In this document: one piece after another, positions 48,011 to 62,487 of the stretch | Layout: the number at the start of each line of letters is the position of its first letter | Numbering within the stretch: the stretch's first letter is position 1 | Origin: Carcharhinus amblyrhynchos | Lineage: Eukaryota | Reading direction: 5' to 3' | Length of the DNA stretch: 64,000 nucleotides | NCBI GenBank assembly: GCA_965287045.1 | Contig: OZ336878.1 | Coordinates: forward strand, 63,736,001-63,800,000 | Made by a program: the position numbers and the translations under genes | Notes under the pieces: model-generated | The model's database searches: none | Told to the model about the DNA's origin: nothing | What the model saw: only the letters and a program-made list of their open reading frames with translations

Positions 48011-48726
48011 CAAGTTTCAAACTATATTGCCTTCAGGAAGATCAATTTCAGCTGGGTTAACCTTCACAACTGCACGTGCTCATCACAAATTGGTACCAGT
48101 GTTGCAATGAACAATAAAACACTGTGATTTTGGCCAGTATTAGATCAACTGAACAGTGATATTTGCTATCTTAGGTGCTTTGAACACAAGGCATTATATG
48201 AGCTAAAAATAGCAACTCATTGAGACCATGTATTCCTGATGATAAACAACTCTGCAACTGATTGTAACCATGCCAAGTTTTTGCAGTGCATTTTAATGCA
48301 TTATTTTTGCTTGTTCAATATCAGTGAATTTTTAATTACATGCTCAGGATCTGTAGATGTTTTAAATCAGACTATCAATGGGAGTTCAATCATTTATGAA
48401 GCGCAATCATTCTAAAGTATAGAATAACTAGAGTCAAGTTGGATCTTCGGAGAGAACATAAGAATATCTTCTTATTAAATCTTAAAGCTTGTTTTATCCA
48501 GTTTCAAGTTCTATCAAATAAAATTCTCTAATTGGTGGGTCAAATACAGTTCTAAACTTCACATTCTAAATAAAAATCTCAGCTCTAATCCCTGCTCTGT
48601 CCTGATTGAACTGATGTCTAACACTGGGATTTAGCTCAGGACTCTGCGCAAGACAAGGGGCATATTGTGAAACAGCAGCCAGAGTTCCATTGTTCATAAC
48701 TCCTGTGTGCAGTCTGTAGATGTGCA

Positions 48727-48762
48727 GGGGTGTGTGTGTGCACATGCATGTGCGTGTGTCCA

Positions 48763-48795
<33 letters not shown>

Positions 48796-48810
48796 GTCCA
48801 TGTGTGTGTG
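48727..48810. repeat. Imperfect (GT)n microsatellite
   Basis: Directly visible. Confidence 0.95.
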
Positions 48811-50699
48811 GGGGAGGGGGCTGGGTGGTGAGTGCAGTCTCATTGGCAAAACATTTAACAATTAGACTCGGGGGGGGGTGCAGTGAGAGGAACTGACTGC
48901 TCGGGTAATGTAGTGGAAAATTGCTGGGACCCACTGAACTGTCATCAAGCAAGGGTCAGCATTCTCAAATGACAGGTAGCTGGCAAGGTGCTACATCTTC
49001 TTATCATATAGTCTCCCTACTCTAATGGCAGAGCGGTAAAGGAATCCTTTTCCCAGAGTGAGGGTTAGTTAGGAACTATCAGGTGCAACAATCTCAAGAA
49101 CGGTTCATATTCAAATACCACATACACCATTCTATTTAGTTCTAATGCTGTCGATGACACAGAGATGATGGGACGTTACTTTGTCTACTGTTTCCTATTT
49201 TAACTATGCAATAACACTTGGGTTGAGCTGTGAAATCGTTGCGCAGTCTCCAAAGGGAAATATCATTCTCCTTCACTTAAGGCAGAGAGCACTGCAAATG
49301 AAGAAATTCTCACTAGCTCCATTCGAGAGCTGACAGGAAGATACTCCAAGAAGCTGACACTATTGTCAAAGTAAAGGTTTGGAGATGTTTAACCAGTCTA
49401 AATTTTTTTTCTCTCCTTCCTGTCCATTTTTCCTGCCGAAACCATAAATTCCTTTCAACTTTCGAGATGTCATGACACAAGAAACAAAAGAGTTGGAAAG
49501 GAAGATGCTCGCTGTTGTCCTCTAACTCCAGCTCAGAGTTTTTTTTTGTCATTTAACTCTTTCTGCCTCTGCTAATGAAGAATTTCACGGCATGCTCCTC
49601 GGTACTGCTGACTGTCAAGTGTTCATCTCCTGCCTGGGATCCGGTGCTGATAGCAGGCTGTACGCTGTGCAGTGTTAGCTCATGTCAGAAGCTCTGCAGC
49701 TGCTCATACATCATGCTGGTCATTAGTGAGGAACCAGCCTGGACCTTTGCCCACAACACCACACTGGAGCACAGCAAAGGCTATATAAAATCTCGAGCTT
49801 TGTCAGACGCAGACATTTAAGTGAGAATTTATCAGGTCTTTGAGTGGCCTCTGACTGGATTACTATGAATAATGAATGAAGCTTTATGCCACACTTAGAC
49901 ATTAATAAGACTGATGTGAACTGGTGGGTATTCAGTGCATTGTGATAGCTGCACAGATTTGGTTTATCAATCCACAGCTGCTGGGTTCAACAGGATATGG
50001 CTCATTGTAAAGCTTCTTTTTATATTAATCTATTTCAAACGCCAGTAGGCCTTTATGTCAGTCAGCTTCAGCCCGACTAGGAAGAAAACAAAAGCTATAT
50101 CGCACCGCTAATTAAAACGTCCTGGCCATCTCAAAGAATTGGATGTGTTTTTCCTTTTGAAAATAATAACTGGAAGTGTTGTAAATAAAGATGGCAGCTG
50201 TGGGGCAGGGGGAGGGGGAGATGCAGTAAAATTGTCATCAGGCATTTCTGGTTTTATTAAGGGTTCCTTGAACCCTGTGACAAAACAAATACAATAAAGA
50301 AAAGTTGTGGATGTGAGCTTTGCGTCTCTAAAGGCCATATGTTATCAGGACTACCTGGCTGGCAATATTATGTAATTGTGCTTTGCATTAACAGAACACT
50401 GTTAGTGTAGCATCATTGGCTTAAAATGTTCGGAAGCTAAAAGGAGTCTTTTTGATCTGCCTGATCAAAAGGGTCAGAATGAACTCCGATTCCAGGCAAT
50501 CAGGGTGAACTTCTTTGAAGAGTTGGTACAAACTTATCGGCACCCAAATGGAATATTCATCCTGGGTACATGAGCTGCTTCCTATATTGCCTATGCCACC
50601 AACATAGGCTCCTTTATGTAGGGTGTTAAGTTCAATCTCTTTTTGTGATCTTGGTGGATGTTTTAGGATAATCCCATCTAATAATGCCCAAACAGATTA

Positions 50700-51010
50700 A
50701 TTAAGAAATACCCTGGAGAAACAGTTTTGTCCGATGAGGGATGGGGAGCAAGGGACCATGATCTTAAAATCACAGTCGGAGCAAAATCAGGAAGCACATT
50801 TTCACACAAAGGAAAATAGAAATCTGGAACTCTCTGATCCATGATGTTATGGATGCTGAGACAATTGGGATTGATAGGTTTTCTTGCGAGGTAAAGATAC
50901 CAGGAAACATAGAATAAAGGTAGATAAATTGAGCTCAGCTGAACACAGTCACGATCTACTGATACAGTCAAGCAGGTTTTAGAGGACTAAATGATATTCC
51001 TGATGTTCCA
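50700..51010 (+). mobile_element. Old CR1 3' fragment
   Basis: aagggaccatgatcttaaaat..ttttcacacaaagg..atctggaactctct. Confidence 0.7.
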
Positions 51011-52204
51011 AAATCAAATGATGGAAATGGTCAGGGCAGAATGACTAGTGTCAGTACAATTTAGGTTATCAGCAAGGGTGTTTCGAGGGGATGCAAGAAT
51101 TATCTAAAGAGCAAACATTCCTCACCCACCCACTCTTTATGCACCTATGTGGAGTGTTGTTATTACTGTTAATGCCCTGTCTTTTTTCAGACTGAGCCTA
51201 GATACACCAGATTAAAGTATTTCAATTGACTATTAGCTGAAAAGTGATTTCCAAATCTGGAATGCACTCAGTTCAATTTGTATCTGAATTTTCCGAATCT
51301 GACCTTTTCAAATCAATTCAGCATCTGGACGCTGCCTCAGTCACTTCAGAAGATAACAGGAAGCGTTGGGCTAAGTGTGTAGAAAAGTCACTGCACTTGC
51401 TACAAAGTACAAACCCAAATGATGAATCTTAATTCTCAAACATCCTCAACCTGAAAAAAACACTCAACAAAAAGTGTACATTTTGCAGATTCAGACAACA
51501 TGAAAACAGGGTCATTCAACCAAACCAATCTGTCTGGATATTTACCCTCTCTGCAAATATTCACTTTTTCCAGTTTCCTTATATTTTGGATATTATTTGG
51601 ATCATTAGTGACAATGCAACAAATGTGTGCAATTATTGCATTGTGTCTTCGGAACTGATTATATATAGTTTATTCAGAGTTCCTCATGTATCATATGTCA
51701 ATTTTATAAATGGTGGAAGAAAGCTTAAATGTAAATAGCTGCAGATATTGTGCACATTTCTAAATAAAGGTGATATTTGGTCCCACTGAGTACATTAATC
51801 CATAACAACCAAGCAAAGCAGTTTTACAGAATCTATCTTGTATGGTAATCCCATGAATGAAATGATTGACACAATGTAGGTTGAAGGTTGCTGATGACCA
51901 GGACTTTGACTTTTGGTTGTCATACATGAGTGTGGTATGATAATTGTGAAGGCAAGAAGGTTTTGAATTAACCACATGCACACTACATCAATGATTTTAA
52001 CAGAAATGATACACATAGCTGACAGTAAAAAAAGATATGATACAAGCTTGGGCCAACAGACATCCCTTTGGTATCAGAGAATTCAACAGCATAGAAGGAG
52101 GCCACTCAGCCCATCAAGCATCTGCTGGTTCTTTGAAACAACAATCTGCTTAGTCTTATTCCTCTGCTCTTTCCCTATGGTCCGGCAATTCCCATTCAAA
52201 GAGC

Positions 52205-52553
52205 AAAGATAAAAGAAAATTACAGCACAGGAACAGGCCCTTTAGCCTTTCAAGTGTGCACCGACCATGCCACCTGATTGAACTAAAAGCCCCTACTCTT
52301 CTGGAGACATATCCCTTTATTCCCATCCTATTCATGTATTTGTAAAGACGCCCCTTAAAAGTCACTATCGTATCTGCTTCCGCTACCTCTCCCGGCAGCC
52401 AGTTCCAGGCACCCGCCACCCTGTGTGCAAACAATTTGCCTCGTACATCTTCTTTAAACCTTGCCCCTCACACCTTAAACTTATGCCCCCTGGTAATTGC
52501 CTCTTCCACCTAAGGAGAAAGCTTCTGACTATCCAAAAAAGCTTCTGACTATC
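52205..52553 (-). mobile_element. CR1 3' end (different tail subfamily) nested in an older CR1 remnant (about 52075-52760)
   Basis: FAHRVAGAWNWLPGEVAEADTIVTFKGRL; tail cagcacaggaacaggccc. Confidence 0.85.
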
Positions 52554-53429
52554 TAAGTTATCATCTGATTTCTTTTGACAGTTATGGTCAAATTTGTTTC
52601 CACCATCCTTTCAAGAAGTGCATTACATTTACAACAATTGACTGTGTTTAAAAACAACCCTCAATTTTACTAACACCCTTAGATCTGTGCACTCTAGTCA
52701 CCACCCTATGGTTTTCCTTACTTATTCTGTCAATGCCTTTGGTGATTTTAACTCCTCTACTATGGTTGGTGCTGATACTTTGGGAAATTCAAGGGTCAAC
52801 AGATACCCACGCTGAGCAGGTACAGTTACCAGGAAGCTCCATCATATTATGATCCATCTCAACACAGGTGATCATCACAGTCAGCAGGGGATGAATACAC
52901 AGTCTTCCTCTTTGGCAAGATTGTTACACCATTGGAAATTAACTGATCTTTTTTCTGACCTTGCATCCAATACAGGCAGCTTCAATAGTTTCTTATTAGC
53001 TATTAGCAAACTTCACATAAAGAAAGATCTCCTCAGGCATTACACCATATACCACTTTATGAAAAGAAAGTAACCATGGGTAGCACCGTAATTCAGAACA
53101 GCTGGCCTCCAGTAAACTCCTGTTCTGGAATGACAGGACCTAAGTTTGTGCTTATAGCTCTCCAAGCACTGAGCTCTCAATCTTATCTATGCCATCAGGG
53201 CAGGCGCCAAATAGACTCCAGGTATTTACAAAAAGGAAGTTTCAAATTTCCTTCCACGCATACATTGAAGTCTCACACAAATTCGAGTAGATATGTTAGA
53301 AGCTAAAATACCCAGTATGTCACTTGCCATTTTATCCAAAATAATGGACAACCTTCCCTTACAACAGGATGCAAACTGCTTCCCTGTACAGAAGTCCAGC
53401 TTCTTTGTAAAAGAAACTCTCACTCACTG

Positions 53430-53818
53430 GGGAGACGATCACCTTGTAATATCATCACTGGACTATTAATCCAGAAATTCAGCTGATGTTCTAGGGATCC
53501 AGGTTCAAATCCTGCTCCAGCAGATGGTGGAATTTGGATTCAATAAAACAGGTCTGGAATTAAGAATCTACGGATTACCATGAAACCATGGTTAATTGTC
53601 AGAAAAGTCTATCTGGTTCACTAATGCCCTTTAGGGAAGGAAATCTGCAGTCCTTATCTAATCTGGCCTACATGTGACTCCAGGGCCACAGCAATGGAAT
53701 TAATTCTCAACTGCCCTCTAACATGGCTGAGCAAACCACTCAGTTTAAGGGTGACTAGGGATGGGCGATAAATGCTGGCCCAGCCGGGGATGCCCATGTT
53801 TCACAAAAGAATTAAAAA
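53430..53818 (+). mobile_element. SINE family B, full length
   Basis: B-box aggttcaaatcct, core and tail. Confidence 0.85.
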
Positions 53819-53827
53819 TACATAAAA

Positions 53828-54140
53828 ATATTTATAGAGCACCTTAATAATCTGAGGATGACTCAAAAGTGCAGCAAAATTAATGTTGCCGTTTAGACAA
53901 CACAGCAGCAATCCTGGACACATTAAGAGCCCAGAAACAGCAAAATGAAAAAGGCTTCATAATCTGTAATAGTAATGTTGGTTGAAGGATAAATATTGGC
54001 CAGGATACTGGGCCACACTCTTCCAAAGAGTACCATGGAATCGTCCAAATCCACCTGATAGACGAGACCTTAGATGAATGTCACATCCGTAAAATAGCAC
54101 TTCTGGTAGTGCAGCACCCTATCAGTACTGCACTGGAGTG
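53828..54140 (-). mobile_element. Ancient DeuSINE-like SINE remnant
   Basis: gaaggataaatattggccagga..gtgcagcaccctatcagtactgcactggagtg resembles the recalled Deu-domain SINE core; weaker piece at 56930-57065. Confidence 0.5.
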
Positions 54141-54227
54141 AAGGAAGCATTATCACCACAGATCATTATCATTGTTAAATGATAGGAATCTTCTATCAAG
54201 TGATCAGCAATGATCATTGGGCGGTTT

Positions 54228-56005
54228 TGCTATGACCACCCCCAGGTGAGGTTCTCCATTTTTGTTGATCCAGGTGAGACCCTTTTTTTTGTCACTGTCC
54301 AATTAGGGTACCCCAAATTGTTACAGACCTGAGTGAAGGTGGCTGAACTGGCTCCATCTTTATTCAGCCCTCTCCTGCTAGGAAACAAGTTTTAATCCAA
54401 CAAAGTTCCCTTTCCCATAGATACCTTTTGCAGATCCAATGGGTGGACTGTCAAGGAATGTAATTCAGGGAGAGAAACCTATCTGATGTGTGCCGGAATA
54501 TCCAGGGCAACTCAGATTGCGATTTTCCCACACTTAGTCATTTTTTTGGGGAGAGGAGCGAGTTTTTGCTCCAGTTCCGAGAGGGTGAGACCTAAACATG
54601 CCAATATGCCTGCCTTCACATAGATCAGGCACTAATTTAAAAGAGCACCCCGATCTCAAAGTGAAATCGAAGACCTCTGACCGTCATTGACAACATGTTT
54701 CCTTAACCCCATCGCCCCAGGAAAGATTGCCAGCGTTGGTATTCTTTGAATGAGTCTCGAATGGGTCCCAGGTGCTCTACCACCACCCCCCGCCTTATAA
54801 TCCCCTTCATGCCCCCCCTTCATAATCCCCCTTCATGACCCACTACATGCCCCACCCACCTCAGGCCCCATCCCCCCTTTGGCCCTGCACCAGCACTCTG
54901 GCAGTGCCCACCTAGCACCCTGGCAGTGTCCAGCTAGCAGTACCTACTTGGCACTACCAGGTAGGCATTGCCCAGCTATGTCACTGACTAGCCGGCGGCT
55001 TCAATGACCTCTGAATCCCCTGACCCTGACCCACCTCTGTGGCCATTACATGTGGTTCTGTTTATTTTGTGAGACTTCTTACTCTGTTTATGGAGACCAG
55101 TCATGATTCTCACCAAGTTCCTGCTGCGTCCGAGTGTCACAAAATCCCCAGAGCATGGAGAATCTGGCCTCAGATGGACTCAGCATATTTAAATACTTAA
55201 TTAAATATGCTAATCTGGTTCCTTTACTGAGGGGGAACCAGATTACATCTAGAGGATCACAACAGGGTTTTATGTTGGTGCTGAATGCGCAAGAATCACC
55301 CGCGATTCTCCGACTCCGCTTTGCTCTAATGTAATCTGTGCCAGGCACAATGTAGCCTGAAAATTGCACCCAGTAGTTATGTTTAAAAAGGAGCTATTTT
55401 AACCTGGCTTTCTTGTGTTAAAGACAGAGTAAGTTTATTCACTACTGAAAAGCAAAGGAGAAAAATGGTGAACCATATGCATAGATATTAGAAGTGAGAA
55501 TTGAATCCAATTGTAAGTAAACACAACTAAAAAGCTTTACAGAACAGTCCTTTACTCACAAGGAAATAATGGCCGTTCCAATTGAATTCCAATAGATTTG
55601 GCTTCTGTAGGCGAATAGTTGGTTTTTCGATTCCAGTGTTGTTGTTTGGCAGAGAAATTTCAGTTCTCTGTCCAACTGCTATCCTTTTGCTGGCTGGACT
55701 GACGTCCTCAGTCAAGGGGAAAGGCTCAAACTATACTTGCAAAAGAAAAGGTTATTTTGTAGGGGCATTGCTGACTGTTTCTGTGACTATCACACACCTT
55801 TAGTGTTGAAAAACTTATAGTTGCTTGTTCTCACAAAGCACATACACACACAGACATTAGGATAGCTCTCTTATCTGGCTTTTAAAGTCTCCTTTATATA
55901 ATCTAACTGGAAAACTGAATCCACTAGTCTGTCTAAGCATTACACAAAGCAACTTTAGACATGAAGGGTCCACTATTTGTCTTTTTTTAAACCAGAAATC
56001 GTAAT
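54228..56005 (-). mobile_element. Probable solo LTR interrupted by a MITE-like element (about 54490-55372)
   Basis: 55385-55445 resembles the reverse complement of 4510-4570; C-rich insert ends gaaaattgcaccc. Confidence 0.45.
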
Positions 56006-56602
56006 ACGTTACAGGATCACTCGGGATGGGATTGCAATTATATTCCTTTGCCCTAAATGTGGTGATAATCAGTTTCTGGATGCCTGTAGAAATGCTTTGT
56101 TTGGAAACAGGGAAAGATTCCATTGTCTCTGAGAGAATCACCCTACAGCAATTCTTATCCATATTGTACATTCTCAATCACATTCTCACCTTACATTATA
56201 AAACACAGGTTTTTTTTAATGTTCAGTATTTTAGGCATAATTCTGTGGTTTTTCTCTATCATCATGATGATAGTGTATACAGCAAATGTATCAAATCTTT
56301 GACCTCAGCTCTGAAGTCAAGTATCTCTATTCTAAGATTTGAGATATTTGCACCAAGACTGAAGACCATCATACCAAGTTAAAGTTGCCACAATCAGCAT
56401 CTACAGGGCAGTAATTGCTGCTAAATGGGTTTGGTAGAATGATCAGCAATTAACACAAAGATTGCAACCATTGCCATTAGAGAGCTAGGATATCCAACTG
56501 TTTCATGTCATATGTCTCTGGATTATGCAAGCCAGGATCATGTAACATAGTCAGGACCCTGTTTTCTAAGGAGCATTGGACACATTCTACTCTGCATCCT
56601 CT

Positions 56603-56928
56603 GGGAGGCGGTGGTTTAGTGGTATTATTACAGGATGAGTGAGACCCCCAGAGTAATGCTCTGGGGACCAGAGTTCAAATCCCACCACCACTGATGGTGA
56701 AATTTGATTTAAAAAATAAATCTGGAATTAAAAGTCCAATGATGACATTTGTGATTTTTGTTAAAAACACGTCTGGTTCATTAATGTCCTTGAGGGGGGA
56801 AATCTGCCATCCTTATGTGCTCTGGCCTACACATGACTCCAGACCCACAGTAATATATTGGACTCTTAAATGCCCTCAGGGATGGGAAATAAATATGTGG
56901 CGCCCGTAGCCCATGAACAAATAAAATA
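56603..56928 (+). mobile_element. SINE family B
   Basis: tggtttagtgg A-box, gagttcaaatccc B-box, core. Confidence 0.85.
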
Positions 56929-57089
56929 AAATATCCTGGCACTGAGTAGATGAAGCACTGATCCTTAAATTCCATACTTCTATCACAAGCTACACCATCA
57001 AAATAGGTGGACATCTACATCTTTAAAAAAATCTCCCCTTCAACTCCAGTGCAACATTAGTGTATCTTTAAGAAGAGTTTTTTTTAATA

Positions 57090-57870
57090 ATGTACTCTGC
57101 AGTTGTAAAACTTTCTCAGTTTGTTTTTCTCATTGTTAGCTGGCTGTCTATGAGAGTCTTTTTATTGCTTAAACAGGGAGTTGTTTATTTTTACTGGGAT
57201 GATTATGACTCTCCATTATTAGGAGAAAAACCTGGCTGGCAGGTCAAGTGATAGGAGTTTTTTTTTCCCATTTTTCAGTTTGGATCTGCAGGTTTGACAT
57301 TCAGTTTTTAGAAGGGGCAACAAGCTCAAAAGAAGTCGCTCTCTCTCTCTCTCCCTGGTTTTGGTCATTCTGCGGGCTAGCTGAAAGCAAGGTTTTGCCT
57401 TTCTGAAGAGGGGGGGAAATCGGCCGTTGGTGGCTTGTCTAAAGTCCCTGGTGTTTTAGGAAGCTGTTCTAACTTCAAACTGTTCTGAGTCTAACCTGAG
57501 AACTGCAGACTTCACCCAAAGATCTCAAGGCCAGTATCGCGTGAGCATTACTCTTTGCTGTGTTAAACCTGTCTTTTGTCTATGGGATTGGTTTGATTGG
57601 AACACATTAGATATATTTGTTAAGGGTTATACATTATAGTGGTTGTTCTTTTTCTTGTTTGTAATTGATAGAAGATCTTGCTTTTTTTTATTATACATAT
57701 AAACCATATTCTTAAATAAACTTTGTTTGATAAAAGCTCCCTAGCACATCATTTGAATCATACCTGAAGTGAAATATATCATGCTTATCCTAGTCAAATT
57801 CAAGAGGCAATACTTACAATCCAGGCCGTCTCCATAAAACACTTTGGAGTTTCTGACCTGGACCATGACG
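57090..57870 (+). mobile_element. Probable solo LTR
   Basis: T-rich body, aataaa at 57715, ends ggagtttctgacctggaccatgac. Confidence 0.4.
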
Positions 57871-58234
57871 CCAGCTTTATGTCCAACATTTGAAAAATCA
57901 CATTGGTCTTCTACATTTTAAGCAACTGATATTTGTAACAAAGAATACAGAGCTTCAATGTTCTGATCTTCTTTACATTATGAAGGAATTTGCATGTTAA
58001 ATGAATAAAAATGCTCTAAGTAATCATGGCTTTTGGATTCCAGGTAACTAAGCTGTTTCATTGCCAAACAATAACAAGCAGAAAATGCTGAGTTTACTAA
58101 ATATTTCAACTTCTAATCAAAATGTATTCCGAATAGAAAGAGCACAGAGTTTAGGAACCAGCCCAAAAATTGTCAGATTAACTTGGCCTGATAAACTCAC
58201 AGCTAAGATCAAATTATGTGATTCAGGCCAACGG

Positions 58235-59420
58235 GTTGGCTAGCAAGCTGTTTACAAGACTGAATATGGGATGGGGATTAAAGGTGACTGGTGGAATGTG
58301 GGAAGAGGTGTTTCACCAGCTGCTAGGGACATTGTTGTTCCATATTTAAATTAATGATTTGGACTGAGGGATCAGAAGTACGATGAATGTCTCCAAATTG
58401 AGAAATAGAATTAATACTGAGGAATGAACAATATACATGAAGACTTCAACAAATTTATAGAATTGGTGCGTAATTTGAAGCGTGCTTTTTGGGAAGATTT
58501 ATGAGAGGTCATGGCAACATGATCACGGACAGGAAAGATTCATCTGACATTTCAATTGAACATAAAGAGTTGACAAGCTTCCTGAGAGGTATCAGTCTTC
58601 ATTGTGGAGAAGGATAAAATACCAGAGATAGGAAAAAAAAGTAAAACTAATTCAAGGGGAGTAACTTACTAGCTGAAATAAAAACGAAAAATAACAATAG
58701 TGAAATTAATGACGCTGAAGAGACCACATCTGCAGGACTTGATAGTTTCCACCCTAATCGGGTATTAAAAGAATAGTTTGGGAAATTTGTTGATGCTTTC
58801 GACATGATGAGCTCTACCTTTCCTTTGGTCCCCCTTTAACTATTTATACGTTGATAATAGCCTTTAGGGTTGATGTCTATCTTCATCACTAATCTGTTCT
58901 CATGCACTTAATTTCTTCCTTCTTCATTCCAATTTTTGATCTCTGTAATTTCCATATTCTGCTTGATTTAATGGTCCTTGCATTTGTTATAAACCTCCAT
59001 TCATTTTAATTTCTTTAGCTTTAGTCGTCTAGGAAGCTCTAGTTTTGGATGTCTTACTTTTTTTCCCTTGTCAGAATCCTCTCATGCCTACTCCGTGCCT
59101 AAACTAACGCCTGATGAAAGGCCTCCTATTTTTTGATTCTCATTTTCCTACCAATCCTGCTCCAGTCAAAAATTAAGCAATACTTGATTCTATTAGATCC
59201 AATCAGAAATTCAGGAGAAACTTTATTCTGAGTGATGAGAATGTTGAATTTGTGGCCACGTCGAGTGACTGAGGTGACTAGCATGGATGCATTCAGGAGG
59301 GAGGAAGATATGGGCATGAGGTTAAAAGGAATGGGACGATAAGTTGACTGGGTGAGATGTAGGTTCATGTGGAGCATGAACACTGGAATAGCCCAAATGT
59401 CATTTTTTTTGCTGTATCTT
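58235..59420. mobile_element. Highly decayed CR1 fragments
   Basis: atgggattaaagg..tgctagggacattg..attaatgatttggac; gttgaatttgtgg..gcattcaggagggag. Confidence 0.5.
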
Positions 59421-59427
59421 GTAACAT

Positions 59428-59600
59428 GCTGAAATCTGCTGTCCTTACCTGGTCTGGCTTACATGTGACTCCAGAGCCACAGCAATATGGTTGACTCACA
59501 ACTGCCCTCTGAAATGACCTAGCAAGCCACTCAGTTCAAGGGCAACCAGCGATGGACAATAAATGCAGGCCAGCCAGCGATGCCCATTACCCATTCAGAA
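59428..59600 (+). mobile_element. SINE family B, 3' half
   Basis: gaaatctgctgtccttacctggtctgg..caataaatgcaggcc. Confidence 0.8.
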
Positions 59601-62487
59601 AATCATCTCAAAACATGGCATCAGCCTTGGCCTGAATACCAATGATACTAAATTCTCATGGGAAAATGTGGAAGAAAGCACAAACCTCAGACATAAAAAG
59701 TGCCTGGGAATTTCTTGCCTCATACACAAATTGGGATCTCCCAAATACATGTTTAGTCTGAGCTCCTGAAGTCTCTCTCAAAAGAAAAACTAACGAGAAG
59801 CGATGACTTTCGCCCAGTGCAAATCTATCTGAAACAGAAAGTGATATCAGGTATATTAATTTGCACAGCCCATTTCAGAACAGACCATCAGTGATTCTTT
59901 CGAAGGCACTGGCACAGGAGTTACTTCTGAATGCAACACAAGAAATTTGCTGTCAAAACTTGAAGGCAGGTTGCCTTATCTGTGCAGAGCCTAATTCTAC
60001 ACTGATGCATGTCAAAGTCAATGGTGCTGAATTTCCTCTGCCTGAGTTGCAAGACTACTAAATGCGGGGATTTAGGCCCCAGTATCTCTGGGATAGGACA
60101 GGAAATGGAATTATGCTCTTGCACACCCTCTTCTTTCCAATATTTCTCCTCAAAATAATCGAAGTCCCTCATCCCTGTTCACTGAACACTTTGACCAGAT
60201 CTTGTCAAGTACAGGTGTAATCCTTCACAATGGTGGATTCAGACTAATGTGCAGAAATGAGAAAATAAATGCAACACATTTTAAAAGCAGAAGATGGTTA
60301 GAAGCCAATCGAGAGTTTATAATCAGTCCAACCTATACGAAAAATACAAGTCTGGAAGCTATGTTTTCATGATCCAATCCTTCATTGTTTCAATCTTCTC
60401 ATCAATTTCAATACATCTGCTCTTCTCTATAAAAGTCAAGGGTAAGTACTAAAAATTTTATTTTCATTCTGATGAAATTATTCATGTCCATACTTTGAGA
60501 TGAATCAAAACTCTTCCCTTATGTTGTGGTCCACTAAAACAGAGTTGACTGCAGATCAATTTGAAAATGCATGTTTTAGATGGTTATGTTTATTGCAATT
60601 ATATATTGTTTGAAGTTGGATAACTGAATATTGACACTCCATTTTTGACTGCGCAGTGGGTAAACCTGAGGGAGCGGTTTAAATTCCTTCCCTCTTCTAG
60701 CACAAATGCTGGAACTGACAATACAAAAAAAAACAGACCACTTCTTCCAACAACCCTCTTTCCCCTGCTGCTCATTTGTATACTCCCTGTAGAACGCTAC
60801 ATATATTGACTAATGCTGAATAGTAATTTACTGTTGTTGGTGGAGATGCGAGCATTGGTCGTCACAGCCTTTTAAAAACCTGAAAGAAAGCCATAAGAAA
60901 TTATGTGCAGAAGATGTTCAGCATAAAGCTAATTTACAATAGACTCTCACAACAATAATCCCATAACCTCCGCCGTAACCAACCTAGTTTATGGCTCTGC
61001 TTTCCTGTAATAGTGAAAACATGTAACGTGCTTTTCTTATGATATACTCTGCCATAATCCTTTCTGCGTAGCTGCCCAAGACAGTGTTAAAGAAAGCTGG
61101 CTTCACATCAATTTTAAAGTATAATTACTGAATAATTGCTTTGGTGTCAAAGATATTTTAATTAAAACAATTGAATACCGACACATTATTATTCACCGTG
61201 TGGGGTTTAAACCAACGGAATGATTTAACTCGATGTTATCTTGCTTTCTGAGCTGGAGGGACGGTGGGAGGAGGGGGGGGGGAGTGCGTAATGCAGCGAA
61301 TTAAAACTGTTTTCTTCGCCTCAATTTAATTTTACGTGTGGGACCCTTGACATTATAAAGGGATTCATTCTATTTATTTTCACAACATTGAACTTACAGG
61401 TGACATTTCTTTGCTTACTAGCACTGCGGGACAATAAAATTCAAGCAGGCTTCAAATCAAGCTTAGATCAGAGGGCATAATCATATATTTTCTCTATGCA
61501 ATAAAATGGGAGTATGTGGGAAGAAAAAATATTGCTGCAAAATTTATACCTTGACTATGCAGCATGCTGCGAGGAAATCTTTGAGAAGTAAAGGCACCTT
61601 ATTTCAATGCAAGATCTATTTTGCATAATTTAGAAGAAAGTGAAATTTCCCCCAAACAGAGTGAGGGTGCTATATATTATTAAAGATGTCAGAATTTGCT
61701 GCACCATACTTTATACAAGTACAGATCTTGATTGAAAGGAGCTGTGGCAAGTATGGGAAGGAGAGGTTAGTGCTCACATTAGATTACCATTTCAGTGAAT
61801 TAATAAGATTATTGCATTTTCAAGGAATCGGACCATAATGTTTAAAGCTACTTTAAAGATTTAGTACTCCACACGTAACTTTACATGAAAAAAAATCTTT
61901 GTCGGTTTAGACACTTGCTCAGGAGTATTGCAATCACAATCTACAACACGTTCACGTCAGCATACCGCCTTTCTATTTTTAGCTAATGCATCATAATTTC
62001 TAATAATGAATTCACTAATGCAGCGAATTTTACTGCAATACTTGATCATCACTACCTTCAGGCATGTAAGTAATATAAAAACAAGGACAAATTATATTTC
62101 TCATTAATTGCCCAGGCATTTTTAATGATTAGGTACAGTGATTAAAATGTGCAGCTTCTAACATCACAGATGGCTTTTCAATAGAGAATCATGCTGGATA
62201 CTTCAAATTTGCACTTAACTTGACTATATCAAATACTTGATTGGAATGGAATAAAGTTTAAAAAAAAATACAAATAAACCTCAGGTACATGGAGATTCTG
62301 TTGACAAACTTTTTTCTTTAAACGTAATTTGGAACTGTAATTTGAAAAAAAACAAATGCTCATCTATTCTTTGCATCACAAGTTCTGTGTATGTTGAAGG
62401 TCAAAGGTTATCCACATGGCCAAGTCTCCTTATGTGATAGTTAAAGGCAGGGGAAGGTGAAACTGTATTATCATCATTGATCTTACA

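Noticed and set aside
59110-59130. ctgatga hammerhead-like start
   Set aside because: No downstream GAAA or stem II
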